A DNA stretch of 64,000 bases from Escherichia coli (lineage in GTDB: Bacteria; Pseudomonadota; Gammaproteobacteria; Enterobacterales; Enterobacteriaceae), in NCBI RefSeq assembly GCF_003019035.1, contig NZ_CP027447.1. The stretch is one strand, 5' to 3'. The notes under the pieces were generated by a model. It saw only the letters and a list, made by a program, of their open reading frames with translations, was not told where the DNA came from and did not search any database. Positions 10,258 through 20,989 of the stretch are shown here, one piece after another; within the stretch, counting starts at the first letter, position 1, and each line of letters opens with the position of its first letter. A program made the translations under genes and the position numbers.

Positions 10258-11312
10258 ATCCGGCATTGCTTGCCACGCTCGGAACACTTGCGGAAACGGC
10301 GTCGCTGAAAGCGGATATTTTACCGCCGGTGAGTAGTGAAAACGCGCCCGCGTTTACCCTGCCGAAAATGGCGGTCGCGGCGGTGGCGGAGCGCGTTCAT
10401 AGCGCAAAAACCAGTCAGCAACAGGCGACGCGCCCGCAGGAGAACGATCCGGTGGCGATGCAGGCGCTAATGGCGCTGTTACTTCCGCAACCTGCCGCGC
10501 CGCATCAGGTCACGCCGCAGCCGCGAAACGTCGCAACATCGCCGGTTATCCAGCAATTGACGAAAGCGGTGGTGCAAAACGCGCCGCAACGCCCGACGCA
10601 GCAGCAGGAATTCACGCCGTTGCCGCCGCAGTTGCAGGAGCTGATCAGTCAGTTGCCGCAGGCGAAACCCGAACAGCAGGCCAGACTGGCAATTTACGCC
10701 AGTGAAGATTTACATGCCATTGCGCCGACGCAGCCGCGCGTCTCAACACAGCCAGCTCGCCCGAAACCTGAACTAACCCGTGTGAACGCGCGCCCGCAGG
10801 TCGAGCGTAAAACGGAAAAAGTGCCGGACAGCGAACCGGTTATTGCGCGTGCGGTGTTGCAGGTTAAGACGCCGGATCTGGTCAGCGAACATCAGGAGAT
10901 TGTCGCCAAACCAGCCACGCTTTCGATGGACGAACTGGGCGAAAAACTGACGACGCTGTTGAAAGATCAGATCCACTTTCAGCTCAACAAACAACAGCAG
11001 ATCTCCACCATCCGTCTCGATCCACCGTCGCTTGGCAAGCTCGAGATCGCCGTACAACTCGACAACGGCAAACTGATGGTGCACATCGGCGCGAACCAAA
11101 GTGAAGTTTGCCGCGCGTTACAGCAGTTTAGCGACGATCTCCGCCAGCATCTGACGGCGCAAAATTTTATGGAGGTGAACGTACAGGTTTCCTCCGAAGG
11201 GCAGTCGCAGCAACAACAGTCGGGCCATCAGCAGGAAGAGGTGAGTGCCGCCTTACAGCTTGATGATGCGCCTCAATTTCAACAGAACGAATCCGTTTTG
11301 ATCAAAGTGTAA
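10254..11312 (+). CDS. lafE: Hook-length control protein FliK-like
   Basis: 352-aa ORF; Pro/Gln-rich low-complexity central region and conserved C-terminal domain typical of FliK. Confidence 0.6.
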   Translation: MNPALLATLGTLAETASLKADILPPVSSENAPAFTLPKMAVAAVAERVHSAKTSQQQATRPQENDPVAMQALMALLLPQPAAPHQVTPQPRNVATSPVIQQLTKAVVQNAPQRPTQQQEFTPLPPQLQELISQLPQAKPEQQARLAIYASEDLHAIAPTQPRVSTQPARPKPELTRVNARPQVERKTEKVPDSEPVIARAVLQVKTPDLVSEHQEIVAKPATLSMDELGEKLTTLLKDQIHFQLNKQQQISTIRLDPPSLGKLEIAVQLDNGKLMVHIGANQSEVCRALQQFSDDLRQHLTAQNFMEVNVQVSSEGQSQQQQSGHQQEEVSAALQLDDAPQFQQNESVLIKV

Positions 11313-11319
11313 AGGCAAT

Positions 11320-11787
11320 ATGAAGAAAATCGTGGTGGCGGGCGTGGTCAGCGCCGTTCTGGCGTTGGTGGTCGGCGCTGGAGCTGGATGGGGTGTCTGG
11401 CATCATTATGCCGGAAAAGGAAAACCGACTGCCGTTGCGCGGACGGAAGCGGTAGAAACCCTGGATGAAAGCAAAAGCGTGTTTGTGACGCTGCCGGAAA
11501 CCATTGTCACGCTGCATGACAACAACGGCGCGGACCATTATTTGTCGGCGGAATTAGTGATGGTGGTTGCCAGTGACAAAGAAGCGGAAAAAATAAAGCA
11601 TCAGGAGCCGTTGTATCAAAGTATTGCGGTTGAATGCCTGACGGAAATGAAATTTGAAGATTTGCGGGGCATGAAAATATCTGCCATCCGCAAACTGATT
11701 TCGGATGCGTTAAAGAAAGATCTTCAGCGTCGCAAAATGAGCGCACCGTATAAGGATTTGCTGGTGAAAAAAGTGGTCTTCCAGTAA
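11320..11787 (+). CDS. lafF: Flagellar basal-body-associated protein FliL-like
   Basis: 155-aa ORF with one N-terminal TM helix (IVVAGVVSAVLALVVGAGAGW); FliL-like topology. Confidence 0.6.
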   Translation: MKKIVVAGVVSAVLALVVGAGAGWGVWHHYAGKGKPTAVARTEAVETLDESKSVFVTLPETIVTLHDNNGADHYLSAELVMVVASDKEAEKIKHQEPLYQSIAVECLTEMKFEDLRGMKISAIRKLISDALKKDLQRRKMSAPYKDLLVKKVVFQ

Positions 11788-11806
11788 TCACCAGGCGGAT
11801 ATAAAC

Positions 11807-12526
11807 ATGCTACAGGACGTATTATTCGAGTCAGAAGAATTTGCTGCCGCGCCGGTATTAACCCCGCAGCAGGAGAGCCACTACTTGCAGGCCTATTTAC
11901 CACTGGTGCGTAAAGTGGTGCGGCAACTTGCCCCGCAGTGTAATTGCATTATTGATCGTCAGGATATGGAACAAACGGCGTTAATGGGGCTGCTTAATGC
12001 CATTCGCCGCTACGGGCTGCCGGACGAAGGTTTTGCGGGCTATGCCGTGCACCGTATTCGCGGCGCGATCCTGGATGAGCTGCGCGCTCTCGACTGGCGA
12101 CCGCGCCAGCTGCGACAGAAATATCATCAGATGAAAGACCTGATTCGCGAAACGCGTAAAAAACTGGGGCACGAACCGGAGTGGCAGGAGCTGGCTGAGG
12201 AAGGGATCTCGCATGAAGATTATCTCGAATATCAGCAACTGGAAGGGGCGGAAACGCTCGCCAGCCTGGACGAACTGCTGAACGGCGAAGGGCCAGGCAT
12301 TCCGCTTGCTGGCAGAGACCTGGAAGATCAGTTTGTCACGCAGAAAATGCTGCAACACGCGCTTTCACAATTAAGCGAAAAAGAGCAACTGATCCTCTCC
12401 ATGTATTACCAGCATGAGATGAATCTCAAAGAGATTGCGCTGGTATTAGGGCTAACCGAGGCCCGAATTTGTCAACTGAATAAACAGATCGCGCAGAAAA
12501 TTCGTGATTTTGTCTATCCGAATTAA
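11807..12526 (+). CDS. lafS: Flagellar sigma factor, sigma-28 (FliA-like)
   Basis: 239-aa ORF; sigma-70 family regions 2 and 4 recognisable; C-terminal HTH ...LKEIALVLGLTEARICQLNKQ. Confidence 0.85.
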   Translation: MLQDVLFESEEFAAAPVLTPQQESHYLQAYLPLVRKVVRQLAPQCNCIIDRQDMEQTALMGLLNAIRRYGLPDEGFAGYAVHRIRGAILDELRALDWRPRQLRQKYHQMKDLIRETRKKLGHEPEWQELAEEGISHEDYLEYQQLEGAETLASLDELLNGEGPGIPLAGRDLEDQFVTQKMLQHALSQLSEKEQLILSMYYQHEMNLKEIALVLGLTEARICQLNKQIAQKIRDFVYPN

Positions 12527-12538
12527 AGTGAAGAAATC

Positions 12539-13402
12539 ATGCAAAAAATATTAGGTTTACTGGTGGTGCTCGGCTGCGTATTTGGCGGTTATTTTGAAGC
12601 GGGCGGCCAATTAGTGGCTATCTGGCAGCCTGCAGAGATAGTTATTATTTTAGGTGCTGGTTTCGGGGCGATGATTATTGGGAACCCGAAACATGTGCTG
12701 AAAGAGATTGCCCATCAAATTAAAGGCGTGATCAGTAAAAAACAGCTCGGGCCGGAGTTTCAGCGCCAGCTATTAATGTGCCTGTATGAGTTGCTTGAAA
12801 TGGTACAAAACGGCGGTCTGCGGATGTTGGATCAGCATATTGAGCAGCCGGAAGAGAGTACCGTTTTCCAGAAATACCCGCTGGTGTTAACCCAGAAGCG
12901 GCTGGTGACTTTTATTGCCGATAACTTTCGCCTGATGGCGATGGGTAAAATCGACGCCCATGAACTGGAAGGCATTCTCGATCAGGAGCTGGACACCGCT
13001 GAAGAGTCGCTGTTAACGCCGTCACGCTCGCTGCAACGGACCGCCGAAGCGATGCCGGGATTTGGTATTTGCGCGGCAGTGCTGGGCATCATCATCACCA
13101 TGCAGTCAATTGACGGTTCTATCGCCCTGATTGGCCTGAAAGTGGCGGCAGCGCTGGTGGGGACATTTTTAGGCGTGTTTATTTGCTACTGCCTGATGGA
13201 CCCGCTCGCCAACGCCATGGAACAGCAGGCGCGGGCGGAACATTCGCTGCTGGAGTGTGTGCGTACCGTGCTGGTGGCCCAGGCGGGCGGCAAACCGACG
13301 CTGCTGGCGGTGGACGCCGGGCGTAAGCTGCTGCATCTGGCGTCCAAACCGACCTTCGCCAACCTCGATGCATGGGTGAATGCGATGCTGGAGCAAGAAT
13401 AA
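12539..13402 (+). CDS. lafT: Flagellar stator protein MotA-like
   Basis: 287-aa ORF; four TM segments and cytoplasmic loop typical of MotA/PomA. Confidence 0.85.
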   Translation: MQKILGLLVVLGCVFGGYFEAGGQLVAIWQPAEIVIILGAGFGAMIIGNPKHVLKEIAHQIKGVISKKQLGPEFQRQLLMCLYELLEMVQNGGLRMLDQHIEQPEESTVFQKYPLVLTQKRLVTFIADNFRLMAMGKIDAHELEGILDQELDTAEESLLTPSRSLQRTAEAMPGFGICAAVLGIIITMQSIDGSIALIGLKVAAALVGTFLGVFICYCLMDPLANAMEQQARAEHSLLECVRTVLVAQAGGKPTLLAVDAGRKLLHLASKPTFANLDAWVNAMLEQE

Positions 13403-13404
13403 GC

Positions 13405-14328
13405 ATGAGAAAGACGGGCAACCGCCGCGAGCGTGGGGCAAAAACCACCATCGTCCGGCGGCAGATCAAAAAGAATCATGCCGGGCACCACGGCGGGGCG
13501 TGGAAGGTAGCGTTCGCCGACTTTACCCTGGCGATGATGGCGCTATTTATGACGCTGTGGATTGTCAATAGCGTCAGTAAATCCGAGCGTGAAAGCATTA
13601 TCGCCGCGCTGCACGGGCAGTCGATTTTTAACGGTGGTGGGCTGTCGCCGTTAAATAAAATCAGCCCGTCTCATCCGTCAAAACCTGCCACCGTGGCGGT
13701 GCCGGAAGAGACGGAGAAAAAAGCGCGCGACGTCAACGAGAAAACGGCGCTGCTGAAGAAGAAATCCGCCACCGAGCTTGGTGAGCTGGCAACCAGCATC
13801 AACACCATTGCCCGTGATGCGCATATGGAAGCGAATCTGGAGATGGAGATTGTCCCGCAGGGATTACGCGTGCTGATTAAAGACGACCAGAATCGCAATA
13901 TGTTCGAACGCGGCAGCGCGCAGATTATGCCGTTCTTTAAAACGCTGCTGGTGGAGCTCGCGCCAGTGTTCGACTCGCTCGATAACAAAATTATTATTAC
14001 CGGGCATACCGATGCGATGGCCTACAAAAACAATATCTACAACAACTGGAACCTTTCGGGTGACCGCGCGCTTTCGGCTCGTCGGGTGCTGGAAGAGGCA
14101 GGAATGCCGGAAGATAAAGTGATGCAGGTGAGCGCAATGGCGGACCAGATGCTGCTGGACGCGAAAAATCCGCAAAGCGCGGGCAACCGGCGCATTGAGA
14201 TTATGGTGCTGACTAAAAGCGCGTCCGATACGCTGTATCAATACTTTGGTCAGCATGGGGATAAAGTGGTGCAGCCGCTGGTGCAAAAGCTGGATAAGCA
14301 GCAGGTGCTTTCGCAGCGAACGCGTTAA
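13405..14328 (+). CDS. lafU: Flagellar stator protein MotB-like (OmpA-family peptidoglycan-binding C-domain)
   Basis: ORF-track 13372..14328; ATG at 13405; single TM (FADFTLAMMALFMTLWIV); C-terminal OmpA-like motif (TGHTDAMAY...NWNLSGDRALSARRVL). Confidence 0.85.
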   Translation: MRKTGNRRERGAKTTIVRRQIKKNHAGHHGGAWKVAFADFTLAMMALFMTLWIVNSVSKSERESIIAALHGQSIFNGGGLSPLNKISPSHPSKPATVAVPEETEKKARDVNEKTALLKKKSATELGELATSINTIARDAHMEANLEMEIVPQGLRVLIKDDQNRNMFERGSAQIMPFFKTLLVELAPVFDSLDNKIIITGHTDAMAYKNNIYNNWNLSGDRALSARRVLEEAGMPEDKVMQVSAMADQMLLDAKNPQSAGNRRIEIMVLTKSASDTLYQYFGQHGDKVVQPLVQKLDKQQVLSQRTR

Positions 14329-14398
14329 ATGCTGAATCTTTACGCATTTCTCAAACCCTGAAATCACTGTATACTTTACCAGTGTTGAGAGGTGAGCA

Positions 14399-15454
14399 AT
14401 GCGTAAAATCATTCATGTGGATATGGACTGCTTTTTCGCAGCGGTGGAGATGCGCGACAATCCTGCCCTGCGCGATATCCCTATTGCTATTGGCGGCAGC
14501 CGCGAACGTCGGGGGGTGATCAGCACCGCCAATTATCCCGCGCGTAAATTTGGCGTACGTAGCGCTATGCCGACAGGGATGGCACTCAAATTATGCCCAC
14601 ATCTCACGCTGCTTCCAGGGCGCTTTGACGCCTACAAAGAAGCCTCAAATCATATCCGCGAAATTTTCTCGCGCTATACCTCGCGCATTGAACCGTTATC
14701 ACTGGATGAAGCCTATCTCGACGTCACCGATAGTGTGCATTGCCACGGTTCTGCGACCCTCATCGCCAAGGAAATCCGTCAGACGATCTTTAACGAGCTG
14801 CAACTGACGGCATCTGCGGGCGTTGCGCCGGTAAAGTTTCTCGCCAAAATTGCTTCCGACATGAATAAACCCAACGGTCAGTTTGTGATTACGCCGGCAG
14901 AAGTTCCGGCATTTCTGCAAACCTTACCGCTGGCAAAAATTCCCGGCGTCGGCAAAGTCTCGGCGGCAAAACTGGAAGCGATGGGGCTGCGGACCTGCGG
15001 TGATGTGCAAAAGTGTGATCTGGTGACTCTGCTCAAACGTTTTGGCAAATTTGGCCGCATTTTGTGGGAGCGTAGTCAGGGGATTGACGAGCGCGACGTT
15101 AACAGTGAACGGTTGCGAAAATCCGTCGGCGTGGAACGCACGATGGCGGAAGATATTCATCACTGGTCTGAATGTGAAGCGATTATCGAGCGGCTGTATC
15201 CTGAACTTGAACGCCGTCTGGCAAAGGTAAAACCTGATTTACTGATTGCTCGCCAGGGGGTGAAATTAAAGTTTGATGATTTTCAGCAAACCACTCAGGA
15301 GCACGTCTGGCCGCGGCTGAATAAAGCTGATCTAATCGCCACCGCGCGTAAAACCTGGGATGAACGTCGCGGCGGGCGCGGTGTGCGTCTGGTGGGGCTG
15401 CATGTGACGTTACTTGACCCTCAAATGGAAAGACAACTGGTGCTGGGATTATGA
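14399..15454 (+). CDS. dinB: DNA polymerase IV
   Basis: 351-aa ORF matching E. coli DinB essentially along its length ([20 protein letters not shown]...). Confidence 0.95.
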   Translation: MRKIIHVDMDCFFAAVEMRDNPALRDIPIAIGGSRERRGVISTANYPARKFGVRSAMPTGMALKLCPHLTLLPGRFDAYKEASNHIREIFSRYTSRIEPLSLDEAYLDVTDSVHCHGSATLIAKEIRQTIFNELQLTASAGVAPVKFLAKIASDMNKPNGQFVITPAEVPAFLQTLPLAKIPGVGKVSAAKLEAMGLRTCGDVQKCDLVTLLKRFGKFGRILWERSQGIDERDVNSERLRKSVGVERTMAEDIHHWSECEAIIERLYPELERRLAKVKPDLLIARQGVKLKFDDFQQTTQEHVWPRLNKADLIATARKTWDERRGGRGVRLVGLHVTLLDPQMERQLVLGL

Positions 15455-15903
15455 ATAACATACAAATAAGAAACTATCAGCCTTGCGATTTTCAGCAACT
15501 ATGCGCTATTTTCATTAGAGCAGTTACGATGACCGCCAGTCAGCACTATTCTCCACAGCAAATTGCCGCCTGGGCGCAGATTGACGAATCTCGCTGGAAA
15601 GATAAACTCGCGAAATCACAAGTGCGGGTTGCAGTCATTAATGCACAACCGGTTGGTTTTATTTCCCGCATTGAACATTATATCGATATGTTATTTGTTG
15701 ACCCGGAATACACCCGCCGTGGGGTTGCCAGCGCTTTGTTAAAACCTTTGATTAAGTCTGAATCCGAACTTACGGTGGACGCCAGCATAACCGCAAAGCC
15801 CTTTTTTGAACGTTATGGTTTTCAGACAGTTAAGCAGCAGCGCGTTGAATGCCGGGGAGCGTGGTTTATTAATTTTTATATGCGTTATAAACCGCAACAT
15901 TAA
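15451..15903 (+). CDS. yafP: GNAT-family N-acetyltransferase YafP
   Basis: 150-aa ORF; start overlaps dinB stop (ATGA); GNAT-like sequence. Confidence 0.8.
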   Translation: MNNIQIRNYQPCDFQQLCAIFIRAVTMTASQHYSPQQIAAWAQIDESRWKDKLAKSQVRVAVINAQPVGFISRIEHYIDMLFVDPEYTRRGVASALLKPLIKSESELTVDASITAKPFFERYGFQTVKQQRVECRGAWFINFYMRYKPQH

Positions 15904-16081
15904 ATCCAGCTTGCAATGAAAATAACGCCCGCCTAGTATGTGTGCGTTTTCTTATTCCACAAACTGCAAGGAGGTAAATCATGACAAATCCTTTATCAAT
16001 GACTCTTTGCAGACCTTTCCAGGATTAATTCTTTTTTTCTTGCCCTGGATTCGTCTGCCATTTCCTGATTTTTATTCATAA

Positions 16082-17233
16082 ATGGAATGGTACATGGGCA
16101 AATATATTCGTCCCTTATCCGATGCGGTATTTACCATCGCATCTGATGACCTGTGGATCGAGAGTTTAGCGATCCAACAATTACACACCACGGCAAATTT
16201 ACCCAACATGCAACGCGTAGTAGGGATGCCAGATTTACATCCCGGACGCGGCTATCCGATTGGCGCAGCGTTCTTCTCCGTAGGCCGTTTTTACCCGGCA
16301 CTGGTCGGCAATGATATCGGCTGCGGTATGGCGCTATGGCAAACAGATATTTTCGCGCGCAAATACAACGCCGATAAGTTTGAAAAGCGATTATCTGCGC
16401 TGGATGACGTTGCTGAAGAAAGCTGGCTGGAGGAAAACCTGCCGTCAGCGTTAGCACAGCATCCGTGGCGCAGCTCGCTGGGTTCCATCGGTGGCGGAAA
16501 CCACTTCGCAGAACTGCAACAAGTTGATCAAATTATCGACGCTGAACTGTTTGCACTGACAGGTCTGGATGCGCAGCATCTGCAACTGCTGGTTCATAGC
16601 GGCTCGAGGGGGCTGGGGCAGTCTATTTTACAGCGGCATATTGCCTCGTTTTCGCATCATGGTTTGCCTGAAGGCAGTGACGACGCGCTACGGTATATTG
16701 CGGAACATGACGATGCGCTGGCGTTTGCGCGTATTAATCGCCAGATGATCGCTTTGCGCATAATGCAACAGGTTAAGGCCACCGGAAGTCCTGTTCTGGA
16801 TGTGGCGCATAACTTTGTTAGCGCCTGTCAAATCGGCGATCAACAGGGCTGGTTGCATCGTAAAGGTGCCACGCCGGATGACAACGGTCTGGTGATTATT
16901 CCCGGTTCACGCGGTGATTACTCCTGGCTGGTTAAACCTGTTGCGAACGAAAAAACACTCCACTCGCTGGCGCATGGGGCAGGGCGTAAATGGGGGCGCA
17001 CCGAGTGTAAAGGGCGTCTGGCAGCGAAATACACGGCGACGCAACTCTCGCGTACTGAACTTGGCAGTCGGGTAATTTGTCGCGATAAACAACTCATCTT
17101 TGAAGAAGCGCCACAAGCCTATAAATCGGCTGAAAGCGTGGTGCAATGTCTGGTGCAGGCCGGTTTAATTATTCCTGTCGCGCGGCTGCGTCCGGTGCTA
17201 ACGCTCAAAAACAATGGAGGGAAAAAAGGATGA
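16082..17233 (+). CDS. RtcB-family RNA ligase (PrfH-associated paralogue)
   Basis: 383-aa ORF; RtcB-like metal-binding motifs (GNDIGCG, GGGNHF); stop overlaps prfH start (ATGA). Confidence 0.8.
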   Translation: MEWYMGKYIRPLSDAVFTIASDDLWIESLAIQQLHTTANLPNMQRVVGMPDLHPGRGYPIGAAFFSVGRFYPALVGNDIGCGMALWQTDIFARKYNADKFEKRLSALDDVAEESWLEENLPSALAQHPWRSSLGSIGGGNHFAELQQVDQIIDAELFALTGLDAQHLQLLVHSGSRGLGQSILQRHIASFSHHGLPEGSDDALRYIAEHDDALAFARINRQMIALRIMQQVKATGSPVLDVAHNFVSACQIGDQQGWLHRKGATPDDNGLVIIPGSRGDYSWLVKPVANEKTLHSLAHGAGRKWGRTECKGRLAAKYTATQLSRTELGSRVICRDKQLIFEEAPQAYKSAESVVQCLVQAGLIIPVARLRPVLTLKNNGGKKG

Positions 17234-17844
17234 TCTTGCTACAACTCTCCTCAGCTCAGGGGCCGGAAGAATGTTGCCTGGCAGTGAAAAAGGCGCTGGA
17301 CAGGTTGATTAAAGAAGCTACCCGACAAGACGTCGCGGTAACGGTGCTGGAAACAGAAACGGGTCGCTACTCTGACACACTGCGTTCGGCGCTGATTTCT
17401 CTGGATGGCGATAACGCATGGGCTCTAAGCGAAAGCTGGTGTGGCACTATCCAGTGGATTTGTCCGAGTCCGTATCGGCCTCATCATGGGCGCAAAAACT
17501 GGTTTCTGGGCATTGGGCGTTTTACCGCTGATGAGCAGGAACAATCCGACGCGATCCGTTATGAGACGCTGCGTTCGTCGGGGCCGGGCGGTCAACATGT
17601 CAATAAAACCGACTCGGCGGTACGCGCCACGCATCTGGCATCCGGTATTAGCGTGAAGGTTCAGTCAGAGCGCAGTCAGCATGCTAACAAACGGCTGGCG
17701 CGATTACTGATTGCCTGGAAGCTGGAACAACAGCAACAGGAAAATAGCGCGGCGCTGAAATCGCAGCGGCGAATGTTCCATCATCAAATTGAACGTGGCA
17801 ATCCGCGACGGATATTTACCGGGATGGCTTTTGTTGCTGTGTAA
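17230..17844 (+). CDS. prfH: Peptide chain release factor homologue PrfH
   Basis: ORF-track 17146..17844; in-frame ATG at 17230; contains GGQ motif ([17 protein letters not shown]) of class-I release factors. Confidence 0.85.
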   Translation: MILLQLSSAQGPEECCLAVKKALDRLIKEATRQDVAVTVLETETGRYSDTLRSALISLDGDNAWALSESWCGTIQWICPSPYRPHHGRKNWFLGIGRFTADEQEQSDAIRYETLRSSGPGGQHVNKTDSAVRATHLASGISVKVQSERSQHANKRLARLLIAWKLEQQQQENSAALKSQRRMFHHQIERGNPRRIFTGMAFVAV

Positions 17845-17905
17845 TTGAGGAATGTCTCCCGCCGTTTTCTATATGAAAGCGGCGGGCAAAACGAAAGGAA
17901 TCGTC

Positions 17906-18415
17906 ATGTTTATCGGTCATCTTCCGGCTGGTTATTTAATAACTTGTACTTTAGTGAAACGCTTGCCACTGATTGCTCGTCATGCGCGCTGGGCGATGGT
18001 TATTGGCTTAGTTGGGGCCATTGCGCCCGATTTTGATCTTTTCTGGTGCTATCTGGTTGATAACGGGCAACGCCATCATCATCTTTACCCGTCTCATTGG
18101 CCATTATTATGGTTTGCTCTGCTGGCGGCGACATTAGTTTGGGCCGCAATTGCGAAGAATAAACTTCCGGCGTGGTTGGGCGTGGTGTTTTGCCTGAATG
18201 GTATCGTGCATTTATTACTCGATACGCTGGTCGGTGATATCTGGTGGTTGATGCCTTTCGTTAACCAACCCTTTGCACTCTTTCATATTACGGCGGTACA
18301 TCATCCGTGGTGGCTCAATTTTTTATTACACTGGTCGTTTTTACTTGAACTGGCATTAGTGGTTGCCGCCATTGCCATGTGGTACAGGCGTAATGCCAAA
18401 ATGGTAAATGCATGA
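17906..18415 (+). CDS. Membrane-bound metal-dependent hydrolase-like inner-membrane protein
   Basis: ORF-track 17852..18415; ATG at 17906 with AAAGGAA RBS; multiple TM helices, His-rich (HLPAGY, HHHLYPSHW). Confidence 0.5.
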   Translation: MFIGHLPAGYLITCTLVKRLPLIARHARWAMVIGLVGAIAPDFDLFWCYLVDNGQRHHHLYPSHWPLLWFALLAATLVWAAIAKNKLPAWLGVVFCLNGIVHLLLDTLVGDIWWLMPFVNQPFALFHITAVHHPWWLNFLLHWSFLLELALVVAAIAMWYRRNAKMVNA

Positions 18416-18689
18416 AAAAATAATTCTGACTTTAAGCGGCGTAACATGTTTCCTGGGGAAATTCTCCCGTGGCTAAGTATGTTTTCCTGACTTTGCCCCA
18501 GGCTCTGAACATATAAAAATTCTGCTTTTCACCCTTAAGTTCTTTCACGGATTCCAGCGCAAAACTTTCTTTGGTGATCAGAAACTCCCCCCATGAAATA
18601 TGGTCGCAGCTATATAAATATGCGACCTTTTCATGAGTTTCATAATGTTTTGTTATTTCGATATAGATAGCCATTGGCTTCAAACAGAA

Positions 18690-18711
18690 GTCCACGCCCG
18701 CAGGCGTGGAC
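18690..18711 (-). terminator. Terminator hairpin downstream of pepD
   Basis: Perfect 9-bp inverted repeat gtccacgcc-cgca-ggcgtggac, 10 nt past pepD stop; T-rich on the minus strand afterwards. Confidence 0.45.
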
Positions 18712-18721
18712 ATTATCGTAA

Positions 18722-20179
18722 TTACTTCGCCGGAATTTCTTTCAGCAGTTCAGTCAGCAGTGTCCAGTAATGGCCTACGCTTTCGATGTGAACTTGCTCA
18801 TCCGGAGAGTGTGGACCGGTGATGGTTGGCCCGATTGAAACCATGTCCATTTCCGGATACGGTTTTTTAAACAGACCACATTCCAGGCCCGCGTGGATAA
18901 TCTGGATGTTCGGCGTCTTGTTGAACAGACGCTGATAGGTTTCACGTACCAGATGCATCACCGGAGAATTAGCGTCCGGCTGCCAGCCAGGATATGCGCC
19001 TTTCGCTTCGGTTTTCGCGCCAGCCAGTTTACCCAGAGAATCCAGCATGCTCACCACGTAGTCTTTACCGCTGTCGATCAGAGAACGGATCAGGCAGTGA
19101 ATTTCTACGTTATTGTCAGTCATGGTCACCACACCCACGTTCAGGGAGGTTTCGACCACGCCTTTTGCCACGTCGGAGTTGCGGATCACACCGTTCGGGG
19201 TGGCGTTCAGCAGACGAATAAAGGTATCGCGAGATTTCGCAATCAGGGCAGCTTTATCGTTCGCAACAGAGTCCAGCAGCAATGCCAGATTTTTCTCTTT
19301 CTCTGCCAGCTCGTTTTTCAGGATCTCCTGATAGGTATTCACCAGAGATTTCAGTGCGTCGACTTTATCAGCTGCGACAGCAATCGTCGCAAAGGCTTCA
19401 CGCGGGATGGCGTTACGCAGTGTACCACCGTTGAAATCGATAAGGCGCAGGTCCAGCTCTTCCGCATGACCCGCCAGGAAGCGCACCAGCAGTTTGTTGG
19501 CATTACCCAGGCCAACGTGGATTTCACCGCCGGAGTGACCGCCTTTCAGACCTTTTAAGGTTAACTTGAAGGTTTCAAAACCAGCTGGAACCGCTTCACG
19601 ATCTAAATGCAGGTTGGAGGTGAAGTCGATACCCCCCGCACAACCCATGTAGATTTCACCTTCTTCTTCGGAGTCGGTGTTAATCAGAATATCAGCCTGC
19701 AACCAGTTGCTCTGTAAGCCAAAAGCACCGTCCATACCGGCTTCTTCGGTCATGGTCAGCAGCACTTCCAGCGGGCCGTGAACCACGTTTTCGTCAGCCA
19801 GAACCGCCAGTGCAGAGGCCATACCAATGCCGTTATCCGCACCCAGCGTGGTGCCGCGCGCTTTAACCCATTCGCCATCAATATAAGGCTGGATAGGATC
19901 TTTAGTGAAGTCATGCACGGTGTCGTTATTTTTCTGCGGCACCATATCGAGGTGGGCCTGCAAGACGACCGGTTTACGATTTTCCATACCTGCGGTAGCA
20001 GGTTTACGAATCAGGATATTACCTACCTGATCGCGTTCGACATGGAAACCTTTCTCTTTTGCCCAACCAACAATGTATTCAGCGAGTTGCTCTTCATGAT
20101 AGGACGGGTGAGGAATAGAACAGATTTTGGCAAAAATATCCCACAGCGGCTGTGGAGATAATTGAGACAGTTCAGACAC
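18722..20179 (-). CDS. pepD: Cytosol non-specific dipeptidase (aminoacyl-histidine dipeptidase)
   Basis: 485-aa ORF matching E. coli PepD (MSELSQLSPQPLWDIFAKICSIPHPSYHEE...). Confidence 0.95.
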   Translation of the reverse strand: MSELSQLSPQPLWDIFAKICSIPHPSYHEEQLAEYIVGWAKEKGFHVERDQVGNILIRKPATAGMENRKPVVLQAHLDMVPQKNNDTVHDFTKDPIQPYIDGEWVKARGTTLGADNGIGMASALAVLADENVVHGPLEVLLTMTEEAGMDGAFGLQSNWLQADILINTDSEEEGEIYMGCAGGIDFTSNLHLDREAVPAGFETFKLTLKGLKGGHSGGEIHVGLGNANKLLVRFLAGHAEELDLRLIDFNGGTLRNAIPREAFATIAVAADKVDALKSLVNTYQEILKNELAEKEKNLALLLDSVANDKAALIAKSRDTFIRLLNATPNGVIRNSDVAKGVVETSLNVGVVTMTDNNVEIHCLIRSLIDSGKDYVVSMLDSLGKLAGAKTEAKGAYPGWQPDANSPVMHLVRETYQRLFNKTPNIQIIHAGLECGLFKKPYPEMDMVSIGPTITGPHSPDEQVHIESVGHYWTLLTELLKEIPAK

Positions 20180-20439
20180 GTTAAGTCTCCTTGTCGATCA
20201 CCCGCAAAACAGTATTGCAGGTCACAGGGTTAGCAGAAAATGTTGTCAACACAAGACAGGCTTGCGAGATATGTTTGAGAATACCACTTTATCCCGCGTC
20301 AGGGAGAGGCAGTGCGTAAAAAGACGCGGACTCATGTGAAATACTGGTTTTTAGTGCGCCAGATCTCTATAATCTCGCGCAACCTATTTTCCCCTCGAAC
20401 ACTTTTTAAGCCGTAGATAAACAGGCTGGGACACTTCAC

Positions 20440-20898
20440 ATGAGCGAAAAATACATCGTCACCTGGGACATGTTGCAGATCCATGCACGTAAACTCGCAA
20501 GCCGACTGATGCCTTCTGAACAATGGAAAGGCATTATTGCCGTAAGCCGTGGCGGTCTGGTACCGGGTGCGTTACTGGCGCGTGAACTGGGTATTCGTCA
20601 TGTCGATACCGTTTGTATTTCCAGCTACGATCACGACAACCAGCGCGAGCTTAAAGTGCTGAAACGCGCAGAAGGCGATGGCGAAGGCTTCATCGTTATT
20701 GATGACCTGGTGGATACCGGTGGTACTGCGGTTGCGATTCGTGAAATGTATCCAAAAGCGCACTTTGTCACCATCTTCGCTAAACCGGCTGGTCGTCCGC
20801 TGGTTGATGACTATGTTGTTGATATCCCGCAAGATACCTGGATTGAACAACCGTGGGATATGGGCGTCGTATTCGTCCCGCCAATCTCCGGTCGCTAA
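20440..20898 (+). CDS. gpt: Xanthine-guanine phosphoribosyltransferase
   Basis: 152-aa ORF matching E. coli Gpt ([20 protein letters not shown]...). Confidence 0.95.
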
Positions 20899-20905
20899 TC
20901 TTTTC

Positions 20906-20937
20906 AACGCCTGGCACTGCCGGGCGTTGTTCTTTTT
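20906..20937 (+). terminator. Rho-independent terminator after gpt
   Basis: aacgcctggca...tgccgggcgtt hairpin followed by T-rich tract. Confidence 0.5.
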
Positions 20938-20989
20938 AACTTCAGGCGGGTTACAATAGTTTCCAGTAAGTATTCTGGAGGCTGCATCC

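Noticed and set aside
18432-18713. 93-aa minus-strand ORF between the membrane hydrolase gene and pepD
   Set aside because: Its start overlaps the pepD terminator hairpin and it has no RBS; kept as a possible but unsupported small gene.
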